Source: a virus
Taxonomy: Duplodnaviria; Caudoviricetes
Virus record (IMG/VR): IMGVR_UViG_3300029822_000018
Coordinates: 1 to 46,788 of that record
Length of the DNA stretch: 46,788 bases
Reading direction: 5' to 3' (one strand)
Below are positions 9,454-18,974 of the stretch, one piece after another (the stretch's first letter is position 1; each line of letters opens with the position of its first letter). The translations under genes and the position numbers were made by a program. The notes beneath the pieces are model-generated. The model ran no database searches. It worked only from the letters and a program-made list of their open reading frames with translations, and was not told where the DNA came from.

Positions 9454-9882
9454 TTAAATGCTCCCCGTGTACCGTCCGAAATCTTCAGCCGCAGCGCGGG
9501 CGCCCTTGTCTACCATGTGCCCAGGCTCGATATAATCGGTCCCCTGATCGAGGTAGATCATGTAATCGACATAAGACGCCACCTCGATTCGCTTCGGCCC
9601 GCCGGCCGGCACCTGTCTCGTGACATTCGAGGCCGATTGCATGGCCCGAGCAGTCGCCTGGGCTGGAGAGAGCGCATTCTCTGGACCAAGCTCCCCGGGA
9701 TCCCTATTCTGGGCCATGGGCGAACCCATACCCCAGGATGCACGCGCCCGACCATACCGGACCCGTGTTTCTGCCTGCATGACGTTTAGAGCAGTGAAGG
9801 CCATATGCCGGGTCAGGTCCCAGATCTCCTGATTCAGCCAGTCCATGACGCCGGGAATATCGAGGTCGTTCTGTTTCTTCAT
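9454..9882 (-). CDS. Tail completion protein (HK97 gp10-like)
   Basis: Motifs T.V.YGRARASW, YM.YL..GT, PGHMV. Confidence 0.75.
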   Translation of the reverse strand: MKKQNDLDIPGVMDWLNQEIWDLTRHMAFTALNVMQAETRVRYGRARASWGMGSPMAQNRDPGELGPENALSPAQATARAMQSASNVTRQVPAGGPKRIEVASYVDYMIYLDQGTDYIEPGHMVDKGARAAAEDFGRYTGSI

Positions 9883-10517
9883 TGCGCCCGCCTCAGCTGG
9901 ATGATGGTGACCAGGTCAAACGGGTCGGTCTCGATGTCCACGACCGTGAACCGCTCGGACCCAGCCGTAACGATCGCCCCACGCGCTGGAACCACGTCTG
10001 AATCGCGCTTGTCGATGATGAGCCGCTGGTCACCCTGCTGGATGTCCCGGCCGAAATAGCCGCCGTCCTGGATCATCCTCAGCGTGTACATCCCGAGCCA
10101 GCCCTTGGTTGTAGTCGAAGCCCAGACGATGGCATTCTTCCCGGTCCAGGGATCATAGGAGGCCGACCGCACGCGTACATCATCGACCGCCGCCTCAGGG
10201 GTGATGGTCGTGTAGGAGGAGTTGATGGTCAGAGCGTCCGCAAGGGCCGAGATCACAGGAAACGCCTGGTTGTTCCCAGGAGCCGTGAACCCGGAAACAT
10301 CCACCGTCAGGCCGAGGTCTTCATCGACACCAAGCGCCGCCCAGTCCGTACCGGCCATGGTCAGAATCGCCTCGCCTTCATCCCCAGCAGCGATGGAAGC
10401 CTCCCCTGTCACGTCAAAGAAGACCGGTTGCTCGATCGTAACAGCCCTCTTCTGTGCCTCCACTACGTTCATCCCAGAGCGAACCGCAGCAATGATTTGA
10501 TCGTCAGTGATGCTCAT
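9879..10517 (-). CDS. Head closure protein with inserted beta domain
   Basis: Closure motifs YDP.TG, IQQGD..L.I, P..G......F.VV....DP......QLRR; ~85 aa internal insertion. Confidence 0.7.
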   Translation of the reverse strand: MSITDDQIIAAVRSGMNVVEAQKRAVTIEQPVFFDVTGEASIAAGDEGEAILTMAGTDWAALGVDEDLGLTVDVSGFTAPGNNQAFPVISALADALTINSSYTTITPEAAVDDVRVRSASYDPWTGKNAIVWASTTTKGWLGMYTLRMIQDGGYFGRDIQQGDQRLIIDKRDSDVVPARGAIVTAGSERFTVVDIETDPFDLVTIIQLRRAQ

Positions 10518-12271
10518 GGTGCGTTCCTCTCAAAGCGGATGTTGAGGATCCCCGTCTGTGAAACCGGGGTGTCCGTGGTCAGCCAGTACTTGGCCGCCAC
10601 GTATCGGCTCACGAAATCAGCTTCCTGCTCGGTCAGCACGCGTTTGAAAATAATGACCTCGGAGAGCTTTCCAGTATTGGGGTCCGTCTCGATCTTACCC
10701 GCGTAGAGGTCGGCCCAGATGGAGGATGCGCTCACAGCGGTGGCGTCACCTGTCGTGATGATGGTGTAGTCGCTGCCAAGGTCGATTGCCGAGGTCAGGG
10801 TCAAGAGGTCTGTCGCCTCAAAGACCATAGTGGGCTTACCGTTGTATCCGTCCGCATCGAAAACCGGTGCCGTCCCTGTAACCGCCGTTGCATCGTTGGA
10901 GTTTGCACTCCGGTCCTCCAGGGCCAGGATCTCAGAGCCATCTGTCACCTCACCGACCAGGTCGAAAGCCGAAAGCCAGAGATCGGGCTCCATCCCCGTG
11001 ATGGTTGCATCGGTGACCCTCCAGTATTTATTGGCCAAGTACCGCTCGACCAAAGCAGTCTCCGACGCGCTCAGGGTCTTAGGAAAAATCAGCCACTCCG
11101 CGATCTTCCCGCCGACCGTGTTTGCCCGAAGGAATCCATCGGCCAGATCAGCCCAAGTCGCAGACACTGAAACAACGACCTCGTCCCCAGCCGTGAAAAT
11201 AGTGTAGTCACCGCCCAAGGTAATGGGATCGATCGCCATCTCATCACCGGAGGCAAAGACCAAAGCAGGTCTGCCATTCATCCCATCCGCGTCATACTCG
11301 GGAGCCGTGCCAGTCGTGGCGGTAGCGTCGTACCCATTGCCGGTACGATCTGCCAGTGCAAGAACCTCAGCCCCATCGGTCGCAGTATCCGCCAGGTCGG
11401 AAACCGCAAGCCATGCGATGGGGCCAAGATTCAAGATGTCGTCCTCGGAGACCTCCCAGCCAGCAACCACCTGGTCCGTCGCTCGGGTCATGATCTGATA
11501 GCCGTCCCTGAACGCCACTCGCCGAACCTGCCCAGCCTTCAGAAGGCGAGGGGTCGGGAGTTCCTTCCGCATGTTGAACTCGCTCAAGAAGGCCAGGGTG
11601 TGGTATTTGGTGGCGAGGTAGTACTCGACAGCCTGGATCTCGAACCAGTTGAGCCTACGCTCAAAGATGATCTTCTCAGCCAGCACTCCAGGAATCGAAA
11701 ACGGAACCAGAATCCCATCCGCCAGGTTGGACCACTCGCCCGAGACGTGGATTGCCGTGTCGGATCCGACCGTAAAGACGGTCCTATCGGGACCTGATTC
11801 CACCTCCGCCATGGTCATCTCGGCATCAGTCGAGAATAAGAGCCCAGGCTGCCCGTTCTGGACGTGCGGCATGAAGACCGGAGCCGTCCCAGCCTCAGCC
11901 GTGGCTGTGTACCCGTTGCCGGTCCGATCCGCCCACTGTGTCACCTCTGCCCCACCTGCAACTACCCCGACCAGGTCAGCCGCAGAAAACCAGAGCAACG
12001 GGTCCATGTTCAGAATATCGTCATCCGTCAAGAGCCAGCGATCCACAACCCAGTAATGACAGTCCATCGTAGCACACAGCCGGGCGATGTTCGACGAAGC
12101 ACCCTGCGAAGAGGTCGCCTTCAGCTCTGGACCGATTTCAAGCTGTTCGATGTTCCCGGTTTTATGCGCATGGCTCATATTCGCGCCCGGTCCGGTCCCG
12201 ATCACCTGGACAGCAGGATGTCGGTCTGGACTGAACCGGGGCATGATGATGGGCTTGACGGACTCGGCCAT
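10514..12271 (-). CDS. Virion decoration-type protein with three shortened LamG-like domains
   Basis: Three repeats of W..A.DL..G..V....DR.GN...AT...GTAP...NG.P...E..IF...L...E...V..Y.A.KY. Confidence 0.7.
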   Translation of the reverse strand: MAESVKPIIMPRFSPDRHPAVQVIGTGPGANMSHAHKTGNIEQLEIGPELKATSSQGASSNIARLCATMDCHYWVVDRWLLTDDDILNMDPLLWFSAADLVGVVAGGAEVTQWADRTGNGYTATAEAGTAPVFMPHVQNGQPGLLFSTDAEMTMAEVESGPDRTVFTVGSDTAIHVSGEWSNLADGILVPFSIPGVLAEKIIFERRLNWFEIQAVEYYLATKYHTLAFLSEFNMRKELPTPRLLKAGQVRRVAFRDGYQIMTRATDQVVAGWEVSEDDILNLGPIAWLAVSDLADTATDGAEVLALADRTGNGYDATATTGTAPEYDADGMNGRPALVFASGDEMAIDPITLGGDYTIFTAGDEVVVSVSATWADLADGFLRANTVGGKIAEWLIFPKTLSASETALVERYLANKYWRVTDATITGMEPDLWLSAFDLVGEVTDGSEILALEDRSANSNDATAVTGTAPVFDADGYNGKPTMVFEATDLLTLTSAIDLGSDYTIITTGDATAVSASSIWADLYAGKIETDPNTGKLSEVIIFKRVLTEQEADFVSRYVAAKYWLTTDTPVSQTGILNIRFERNAP

Positions 12272-12273
12272 GG

Positions 12274-13650
12274 TCAGACCTCCGTGGACTGCTCAATGTA
12301 GAGTTCACCGGCGGAAATTGCGCCAGCGAAGGTGGGCGAGGCTGGGATTGCGACGTTGATGATGACCATCGCGTCAGAACTTGACACCGCGACATACACA
12401 TAATTTCCGTCAGGCGATACGGCGACGTAAACAGCGTCATCAAGCATATTTGCAGCACCAGCCAAATGCCCAAGCTTGACGGGAGAATTTTTATCAGTCA
12501 CATCAATAATCACTATCGAGTCGGAAACGTACGCCGCGATATAGACGTAATTCCCGTCTGGCGAGACTGTGACTGCGTACGCGCCATCAAGCATATTTGC
12601 AGCACCAGCCAAATGCCCAAGCTTGGCCGGAGCATTTTTATCGGTAACATCAATGATCACCACCGCGTCGGAGTTTAACGCCGCGACATACACATAATTC
12701 CCGTCTGGCGATACGGCGACGGAACGCGCGCCATTAAGCAGATTAGCAACGCCTTCAACATGCCCAAGCTTGGCCGGAGCATTTTTGTCAGTCACATCAA
12801 TAATCACCATCGAGCTTGAAGTTGACGCCGCGACATACACATAATTCCCGTCTGGTGAGACGGCGACGTAAGCAGCGCCATCAAGCAGATTTGCAGCACC
12901 AGCCAAATGCCCAAGCTTGGCCGGAGCATTTTTGTCAGTCACATCAATAATCACCATCGAGTCGGAAACTACAGACGCGACATAGACGTAATTCCCGTCT
13001 GGTGAGACGGCGACGTAAGCAGCGCCATCAAGCAGATTTGCAACGCCTTCAACATGCCCAAGCTTGGCCGGAGCATTTTTGTCTGTGACATCAATGATCA
13101 CCATCGAGCTTGAAGTTGACGCCGCGACATACACATAATTCCCGTCTGGCGATACTGTGATTCCGGACGCGCCATCAAGCTTATTGGCTACGCCTTCAAC
13201 ATGCCCGAGCTTGACAGGAGCATTTTTATCAGTCACATCAATAATCACCATCGAGTCGGAAACTACAGCCGCGACATACACATAATTCCCGTCAGGCGAT
13301 ACGGCGACGCACCGCGCGCCATCGAGCAGATTAGCAAAGCCAGCAGCAGCCGTCCCAATCTTAGCCCCGGGCGCCGTGAAAAAGATCTCCTCCTTGTTTG
13401 CAGGCAGAAAGATCCCGCTTCCGACCGCCGCAGCTGGACTCGTACCGATATCCATCCAGAGGTCGATGTTTGACTCCATCCGCACGATCGAGCCGGTCAG
13501 AGCCTCGCTCGTAGTGGAGGAAGTCGAAACCGTCACCCGCTCAGCCGCGCCGAAAACAACATCAGTCCCATTCACCGTAGTGAAGGCCGACTTGATGTTT
13601 TTGCCGTGCGGGATGTTGCCATGGAACCAATTGTTGACAAATTCTGCCAT
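12274..13650 (-). CDS. Virion decoration-type protein with 7-bladed beta-propeller
   Basis: Seven 49-aa repeats containing VAVSPDGNYVYVA..SD.MVIIDVTDKNAP.KLG. Confidence 0.85.
   Translation of the reverse strand: MAEFVNNWFHGNIPHGKNIKSAFTTVNGTDVVFGAAERVTVSTSSTTSEALTGSIVRMESNIDLWMDIGTSPAAAVGSGIFLPANKEEIFFTAPGAKIGTAAAGFANLLDGARCVAVSPDGNYVYVAAVVSDSMVIIDVTDKNAPVKLGHVEGVANKLDGASGITVSPDGNYVYVAASTSSSMVIIDVTDKNAPAKLGHVEGVANLLDGAAYVAVSPDGNYVYVASVVSDSMVIIDVTDKNAPAKLGHLAGAANLLDGAAYVAVSPDGNYVYVAASTSSSMVIIDVTDKNAPAKLGHVEGVANLLNGARSVAVSPDGNYVYVAALNSDAVVIIDVTDKNAPAKLGHLAGAANMLDGAYAVTVSPDGNYVYIAAYVSDSIVIIDVTDKNSPVKLGHLAGAANMLDDAVYVAVSPDGNYVYVAVSSSDAMVIINVAIPASPTFAGAISAGELYIEQSTEV
12350..13335. repeat. Tandem 147-bp coding repeat x7 (propeller blades)
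   Basis: Near-identical blocks recur with a 147-bp period, e.g. 12402 and 12549. Ends are approximate. Confidence 0.9.
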
Positions 13651-13652
13651 GC

Positions 13653-13976
13653 TTACACCTCCGCCGCAACTACGATGTTGAGTTTGCCGTCAGCAGTGTT
13701 CCTGATCGCGCTGATCTTGTGGGTCGGATCGATAAAGAACAGCTCTCGGTTGCCCTTGGCTGGGATGAAGATCCCCTGCCCGGATACCGCCGTAGGGGCT
13801 GCTCCTACCGAAATCCAGCAGTCGGTCGTTGCTACGATCGAGACAACCACCCCCCCGATCGCGGCCGAGGTCGTGGCCGCCGTTGCGGTATAGTCCAGGT
13901 TGATCACAGTCCCGGGCATGATCGCCGGAACCGGATTGCCACCCGGGGTGAAAAATGCGCATTGCACAACACTCAT
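13653..13976 (-). CDS. Small beta-sandwich virion protein (possible head spike/decoration base)
   Basis: Motifs V.IVATTDCWISVG.APTA, IFIPA, KISAI, GKLNI; located in the neck region. Confidence 0.55.
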   Translation of the reverse strand: MSVVQCAFFTPGGNPVPAIMPGTVINLDYTATAATTSAAIGGVVVSIVATTDCWISVGAAPTAVSGQGIFIPAKGNRELFFIDPTHKISAIRNTADGKLNIVVAAEV

Positions 13977-14521
13977 AGTCTACGCTCCTTTGGGAGGAAG
14001 GAATTTCCAGAGCCTACCCCGCTAGTAGGCCCGGCCAGGTGCCCTATCAGGGCCAGGATATTGTCTGGGATCACCGGCAGCACCTGCGAGATCCCAGGAG
14101 CCTTGTTCATGTCAACATCGATCACGCCGGCCAGTGAGACCCCAGTCACGCCAAGCGCCCCGGGCTCCGTGGTGTACCGCTCCGGGGTCTTGCCGAGGAC
14201 TAGGGCCAGCTCACATACGGCATAGAGCACCTCGCGCGGGATCTGATTGGTCGGGTACCAGAATCCATTGCGGTCCGCCAACCCAGCGCGTGGGAACGGG
14301 AGGGGTTGCCCATAATCGATGGGCCACCCCTTCCAGTCCAGCATGGTGGTCAGGATCCAGGTTGCGCCGACCAGGTTCTGTTTTTTGCCGTCAGCCGTGA
14401 ACCCTGCCCAGTCACCGCCCCAGGGCCTGTCCAGGAAATACTGGTCCGCATATTCGACGGTCGAAAGCGAGTTGGCGTTGGCAACTCCGGTCCCGTCCTC
14501 GACGATGAAGGTCACGGGCAT
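13973..14521 (-). CDS. Head-tail adaptor (DnaT-like phage family)
   Basis: Motifs IVEDGTGVANANS, AD.YF..R, Q.L.FPR, IP.EV..A.CELAL. Confidence 0.85.
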   Translation of the reverse strand: MPVTFIVEDGTGVANANSLSTVEYADQYFLDRPWGGDWAGFTADGKKQNLVGATWILTTMLDWKGWPIDYGQPLPFPRAGLADRNGFWYPTNQIPREVLYAVCELALVLGKTPERYTTEPGALGVTGVSLAGVIDVDMNKAPGISQVLPVIPDNILALIGHLAGPTSGVGSGNSFLPKERRL

Positions 14522-14524
14522 GGT

Positions 14525-14971
14525 TTAGGACTCCTTAACCGCCTCCAGGGCCGTCTTGGCATACAGACCGGTCTTGATCCACGCATCCTTTTCGGCGCGA
14601 TTGACCAGGACCTTAGTCCCCGTCCCGCGCTCGAAAATCTCAGCGGTGGGTACCGCTTGGACCTTAGACAGCTCAGCAGCAGTCTTTTCGCGGACCTGCG
14701 GTGCAAAGATCGGGTCGAATACCTTCTTGACCCGCTCCTCGACCTCAGCGATCTGTTCCATGCTCAAACCCGGGTCAGGCTCGGGCAACTGCGCCTCGAA
14801 CGTTTGCAGGGCCGAGGCAATCATCGTCTCAACCGTAGTCCGAAACGCCAGAAAAGCCGCGTCGATCAGGGCCAGTATCCGCGCTTCCTGTTCATCGGTG
14901 AAGGGTGGCTTGGTCACGATCGGATCCTGTACGACCTCACCACCATCTTCGACTGGTAGGGTCTCAGCCAT
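14525..14971 (-). CDS. Hypothetical protein downstream of capsid
   Basis: Tightly packed ORF; C-terminal G.KVLVN motif shared with its neighbours. Confidence 0.7.
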   Translation of the reverse strand: MAETLPVEDGGEVVQDPIVTKPPFTDEQEARILALIDAAFLAFRTTVETMIASALQTFEAQLPEPDPGLSMEQIAEVEERVKKVFDPIFAPQVREKTAAELSKVQAVPTAEIFERGTGTKVLVNRAEKDAWIKTGLYAKTALEAVKES

Positions 14972-14974
14972 GGC

Positions 14975-15244
14975 TTACTTCCCCCCGGTCTTGGGCGCTG
15001 CGGGCGCCTTGTCGGTGAAATCACCTTCTGCCAGGAGCGTTCCCGCATCCGCCTTGTTGACGATCACGGCTCGTCCGTCCTTAGCCCGATAGATGGTCGT
15101 TGTGTCCAGCGGTTTCTTGGGCGGTTCTTTCGCCTTCTGGGGCTCATTGATCCCGACCGAGGCCAGCGCCTTCTGGGTCTGGGCCTCAATCATCTGCTGC
15201 ACAACCGCCATCTGCTCCGCTGTAAAATTAACCGTCTCAGCCAT
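14975..15244 (-). CDS. Hypothetical protein downstream of capsid
   Basis: GGAGG RBS; DGRAVIVNKAD motif. Confidence 0.7.
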   Translation of the reverse strand: MAETVNFTAEQMAVVQQMIEAQTQKALASVGINEPQKAKEPPKKPLDTTTIYRAKDGRAVIVNKADAGTLLAEGDFTDKAPAAPKTGGK

Positions 15245-15437
15245 TGTCATTCCCTCCTGTGTTTACCTGGTACGAATGGCATCGCTCCTCGCGGATGCCG
15301 CCTTCACGTTTGAATCCTCGCTCCCTCAGTTCCCTGGTAGCCTCGACATCATTGTAGGAGACCCGCACCCGGCGACCGGAACGCGGGTCCACATAGTCTT
15401 GGGTGGCTACAGGTTTACGTTTGCCATCATCAAACAT
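15237..15437 (-). CDS. Small hypothetical protein
   Basis: GGGAGG RBS; fills the gap after the capsid gene. Confidence 0.6.
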   Translation of the reverse strand: MFDDGKRKPVATQDYVDPRSGRRVRVSYNDVEATRELRERGFKREGGIREERCHSYQVNTGGNDNG

Positions 15438-15465
15438 GGGCAAACCTCCCTTCTTCCACCCTTGG

Positions 15466-16623
15466 TTAACCGAGCAGGATCATTCCGCGCCGACCGTCCA
15501 GAGCCTTGGCCGCATAAAGCACATCGATGATCCATCGGGTTTGCCCTTCTTGACGCTGCCGCTCCAGGCGGAACGTCCAGCCAGTGTAGGGGTCGCGGAT
15601 GTTCGCGATGTTGGGGTCGGTGCCCATCTCCCAGGAGAGGGGAGCGTGTTTGCACGCGATGGCATCCCGCTCAAAGACCAGATTGGCCTGGTAGGAGCCG
15701 ATGAAGGTGCAAAGGACCCCGTCCAGGGCCGCAATCCGGAATCCCGGGGAGCAGGTAAACGTGATCTCGTTTCCGACAGCGGTAGCATCAGCGGTGACCA
15801 CGTAGGTCTGGGCATCGCCCGCCTTCGTGAAGATATCACCCTTTTTGAGAGTCCCGGTCAGGGTCGATGAGTCAATGGTGATCTCCGTAGCCCCGAGCGC
15901 GTGATTGCCGTCAAGCGTGCCCTTCATGCTGGCACCGTCGCTGAGGGTCCCGGCGGTATGGTAGAACAGCCCCTTGTTGTCGCTGTCCCACATGATGTTA
16001 TAAACCTCGCCCAGCTTGCCCTTGCGCAGGGTCTGGTCAGACCCGGCAAGGTTTGCGTGGACGAAGTTGTCCAGGATACGGGCGTTCTCCAAGGCGGATC
16101 CATTGATCACGCCGTATCGGTTCGAGTCGGGAGCGCCCTCGTCGTCAAGCAGGCTCGCCGCTTTCGCAGCCGAGAGAATGCCGACACCGGTCCCGAACGG
16201 AGCGGTCCCCGCGGTCCCGTACGCCTGATAAAATACGCCTTCGGCCGTAGCCCAGACATTTTTGTTGATCTCGTTGGCGAGGGCGATAAGACAGCCCTGA
16301 ATCTCCTTCTGCTTGAACCCGCCGTGGTTCAGCTTGACGGCCTCGGTATCCTCCAGAGCGAAGTCAACGAATGGGTTGTAGTCGTAGGTGAAATTCTTGC
16401 TCGTGACCGTCGACGCGGACGGGGCCGTGAATACATTCGACGCGGTACGCGATCCGACCGACTTCTCACCGAAGAAGGGGATTTGCGCGGTCTCACCAGG
16501 CTTGGCGGGATCCTGCGAAATGTCGGAGTTGACCATAAAGGGGGCCAACACCTTGGCATGAAGAAATGGGAGTTCTGCAACAACGCGATTGGCAACGAGC
16601 CCTAAGAGGGAGTTTGACGCCAT
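15466..16623 (-). CDS. Major capsid protein (P22 coat-like, with I-domain-like insertion)
   Basis: Start MASNSL after GGAGG. Motifs PG.T..IP, LA..I, L...GAP...R, G.LG.VY, NL.F.RDA, D.LY..K.L. Confidence 0.88.
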   Translation of the reverse strand: MASNSLLGLVANRVVAELPFLHAKVLAPFMVNSDISQDPAKPGETAQIPFFGEKSVGSRTASNVFTAPSASTVTSKNFTYDYNPFVDFALEDTEAVKLNHGGFKQKEIQGCLIALANEINKNVWATAEGVFYQAYGTAGTAPFGTGVGILSAAKAASLLDDEGAPDSNRYGVINGSALENARILDNFVHANLAGSDQTLRKGKLGEVYNIMWDSDNKGLFYHTAGTLSDGASMKGTLDGNHALGATEITIDSSTLTGTLKKGDIFTKAGDAQTYVVTADATAVGNEITFTCSPGFRIAALDGVLCTFIGSYQANLVFERDAIACKHAPLSWEMGTDPNIANIRDPYTGWTFRLERQRQEGQTRWIIDVLYAAKALDGRRGMILLG

Positions 16624-16784
16624 GATTCGACCTCCTGCCGAGCCCGACAACAAAAAGCGCGTGGGGCTCGAAATGGTGGAATTTCGTAAGCCTCCCACGC
16701 GATCCTGTGCCTCCGGCTCCAGCAGATCTCCCTCCGGGAGTCCGGCGTGGCGTCAATCAAAAACAAGGCCGCCGGCCTTGTGGA

Positions 16785-17564
16785 TCACTCGACTTTGAGC
16801 TTTCCTTTTTGGATCTCACCCAGTGCTTCCATGGTCATCTTCGATGGGTCCGCCAGGTCTGCAATGGACAGGGTCATGTCACGCCGTCCGGCAGTCCTGC
16901 GCCCAGGTGTTGAATCCGACCCGGAGCTTGGGGAAAAAGCCCAGTCTTCGTTCTCCTCCCTATATTTCAGCCAGAATTTATCCACTGTCAACGGGGTTCC
17001 GTCATCGTCAACCCGCACGTCGCCGTCCTCGTCTTCAGGAATGAATTTGCCATCCTTGAATTTCATTACTTTCAGGAAGTCATTGAAGGCCATCTCCTGG
17101 ACACGCGGGTTGTCTTTGAGACCTATCTTTTTTGCCAAGGGCATGAATTCGGTCCGCGCCTTCAGCCTGTAGTTCTCGTGCCCAGCCTCCTCGTATTCCT
17201 TGGCGATCTGGGTCTTTTCGGCCTCAAGGGTGCGGATCTTCTCACGGAGCCTGCTGATTTCCTGCTCGTGTTCCTGGTTGCCGGCAGGCTTTTCTTTGCC
17301 GCTGCCGCCCTTGACCTCCTCCAGTTCAAGATTGGTCGCTTCAAGGCTCTTAGAGATCTCCGCTAGCTCCTCTTTGAGCTTCTTCGACTCCTTCATGAGC
17401 CGGATATTATTTGCCCTGAATGATGCATCAACCACCCCATCCACATCCAGCACGAACGGTGAGCTTTCATCGTCCTCATTTTGGGGGACGTAAAACTCCC
17501 GGAGCGGCCGATTAAGCATGTCCCCGAGGTCTTCCAAGCTATTGATCCGAAATGCTAAACCCAT
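16785..17564 (-). CDS. Capsid scaffolding protein
   Basis: Coiled-coil, FVLDV motif, C-terminal F..SSGS; immediately upstream of the capsid gene. Confidence 0.75.
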   Translation of the reverse strand: MGLAFRINSLEDLGDMLNRPLREFYVPQNEDDESSPFVLDVDGVVDASFRANNIRLMKESKKLKEELAEISKSLEATNLELEEVKGGSGKEKPAGNQEHEQEISRLREKIRTLEAEKTQIAKEYEEAGHENYRLKARTEFMPLAKKIGLKDNPRVQEMAFNDFLKVMKFKDGKFIPEDEDGDVRVDDDGTPLTVDKFWLKYREENEDWAFSPSSGSDSTPGRRTAGRRDMTLSIADLADPSKMTMEALGEIQKGKLKVE

Positions 17565-17565
17565 C

Positions 17566-18762
17566 TCAGTCCCTCCTGCGCTTTTGTGCTATTTTTTGAA
17601 GTTCTTTGAGCGTCAACTCATTCCCGTAGGAATCCGTCAGGTCGATCTGACTGATCAGCCCATCCTTCCAGAGCCTGTAACGGCCTGGACCCATAACCGC
17701 CGCGATATAATCATCCGGTTTCCTCCTCAGAAACTGCTCATAGGTCATGTTTTTAGAGACAAGCCCGTCCTCAGACCGCCTCAATTGTTTCTCGACCGCG
17801 TTTCTCTTTGACCCAACCACCCGCTGGAATGACCGCTTCTTCCCGCTCTCCTGGTCAACCAATACCTGCGCCCCGCGCATCTCCTCCCAGGTCTTCATCA
17901 GGGTCTGTAGGATCGACCGGCACCGAGGGTGTATGGGTGGCCACCGAAAAGCCTTGTCATGGCCGCCGATTGGCTTCTCCTCCATGTCCCAGCGCAGCCC
18001 GTCACGCCCACGGCATACGGGGGAGGTCAGCTTGTCGAGAGTTGAAAGGTGCTCGTAGCCAACAAACAAATCGTTGTTGGCCTCGTAGAGATTGCGCAGG
18101 CCCTGATTGGACGCCTCCATCACCGAGGTAGATGCAAGCGTAGTGGCACGGCTGCGGACCTTGGCCATCAGCGCCCTGCCTTCCCACTTTGGCGAGACCT
18201 CCCCCTTCAGCTCCTCGATCAGCTCCGGCAGGTCAAACAGAGATCGGGTGATCTCCTGAATCCCCTCGCCATACTGGGCGTGAACACGAATGGTCCTGGA
18301 ATACTCCTGTTTCAGATAGTCCCACTCGTTGCGCCAGAGCTTCTTAACCTGCTCCCCCTCAATCAGCATGTTACCGGCCAGCGCCTCTGCCTGATGCGGG
18401 GTCATGGTCACCGTCAAGGCATTGGCCCCGATGGCCCGGTTCATCGCATGAACGCCCAGCTCATTGCCATCCCGCATAAGCTCTGACAGGGTCTCGGGTT
18501 GCTCGATCTCCAGCGACCCAACCCGGCTTTCGATGGTCCGCTCCGAGGCCCGCAGGAGCTTCTCCAGCCGCGCACGCTTGATCTTGGAGAGCTTCCCTGG
18601 TTCCCGGTTGGCTTCATCTAGGAGCTTTCGCAGGTCGCGCGAGAGGTCGTCAAACATCCTGGTCATGTCCTTCTGGACCTGCCCCTGATATCTGGAGAGA
18701 TCGATCCAGTAGCTGACCAGGGAGTCAGCATAGTCCTCGTCCGCTTTGCTGTGGGTGGGCAT
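17566..18762 (-). CDS. Minor head protein (SPP1 gp7/Mu gpF family)
   Basis: Motifs STLD..TS.VCR.RDG, PP.HP.CRS, TYEQFL, .GPGRY.LW. Start placed at MPTHSK. Confidence 0.88.
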   Translation of the reverse strand: MPTHSKADEDYADSLVSYWIDLSRYQGQVQKDMTRMFDDLSRDLRKLLDEANREPGKLSKIKRARLEKLLRASERTIESRVGSLEIEQPETLSELMRDGNELGVHAMNRAIGANALTVTMTPHQAEALAGNMLIEGEQVKKLWRNEWDYLKQEYSRTIRVHAQYGEGIQEITRSLFDLPELIEELKGEVSPKWEGRALMAKVRSRATTLASTSVMEASNQGLRNLYEANNDLFVGYEHLSTLDKLTSPVCRGRDGLRWDMEEKPIGGHDKAFRWPPIHPRCRSILQTLMKTWEEMRGAQVLVDQESGKKRSFQRVVGSKRNAVEKQLRRSEDGLVSKNMTYEQFLRRKPDDYIAAVMGPGRYRLWKDGLISQIDLTDSYGNELTLKELQKIAQKRRRD

Positions 18763-18767
18763 GGGGC

Positions 18768-18974
18768 TTAAAAGATCAGCGTTGCCAGGATAAATAGGGT
18801 CACCCCAATGGTCAGGGCGAGCAGCTCGGTCAGTTCCCGCATCCACTGCGCCTGGGGGCTGTTCTTCCATCTCCAGCGCCGCAGCGGGATTGATCGCCCA
18901 CCTAGCGTCAAACGGTAGCCCCAAATGTGCTTGCGGTCTGTGGTGTAGTCCTTCGAAATCGTTGGGAGGATCAT
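18768..18974 (-). CDS. Small protein with C-terminal hydrophobic segment
   Basis: ATGA overlap with the upstream gene; GGAAGGTG RBS. Confidence 0.55.
   Translation of the reverse strand: MILPTISKDYTTDRKHIWGYRLTLGGRSIPLRRWRWKNSPQAQWMRELTELLALTIGVTLFILATLIF

Noticed and set aside
12350-13335. Diversity-generating retroelement TR/VR pair
   Set aside because: No reverse transcriptase is present, and the repeats are in-frame blades without an evident adenine-only pattern.
18763-18924. N-terminal extensions in the ORF track (minor head, capsid, 32909-33535, 38829-39461)
   Set aside because: They overlap other credible genes or structured leaders; downstream starts have better RBS or coupling.
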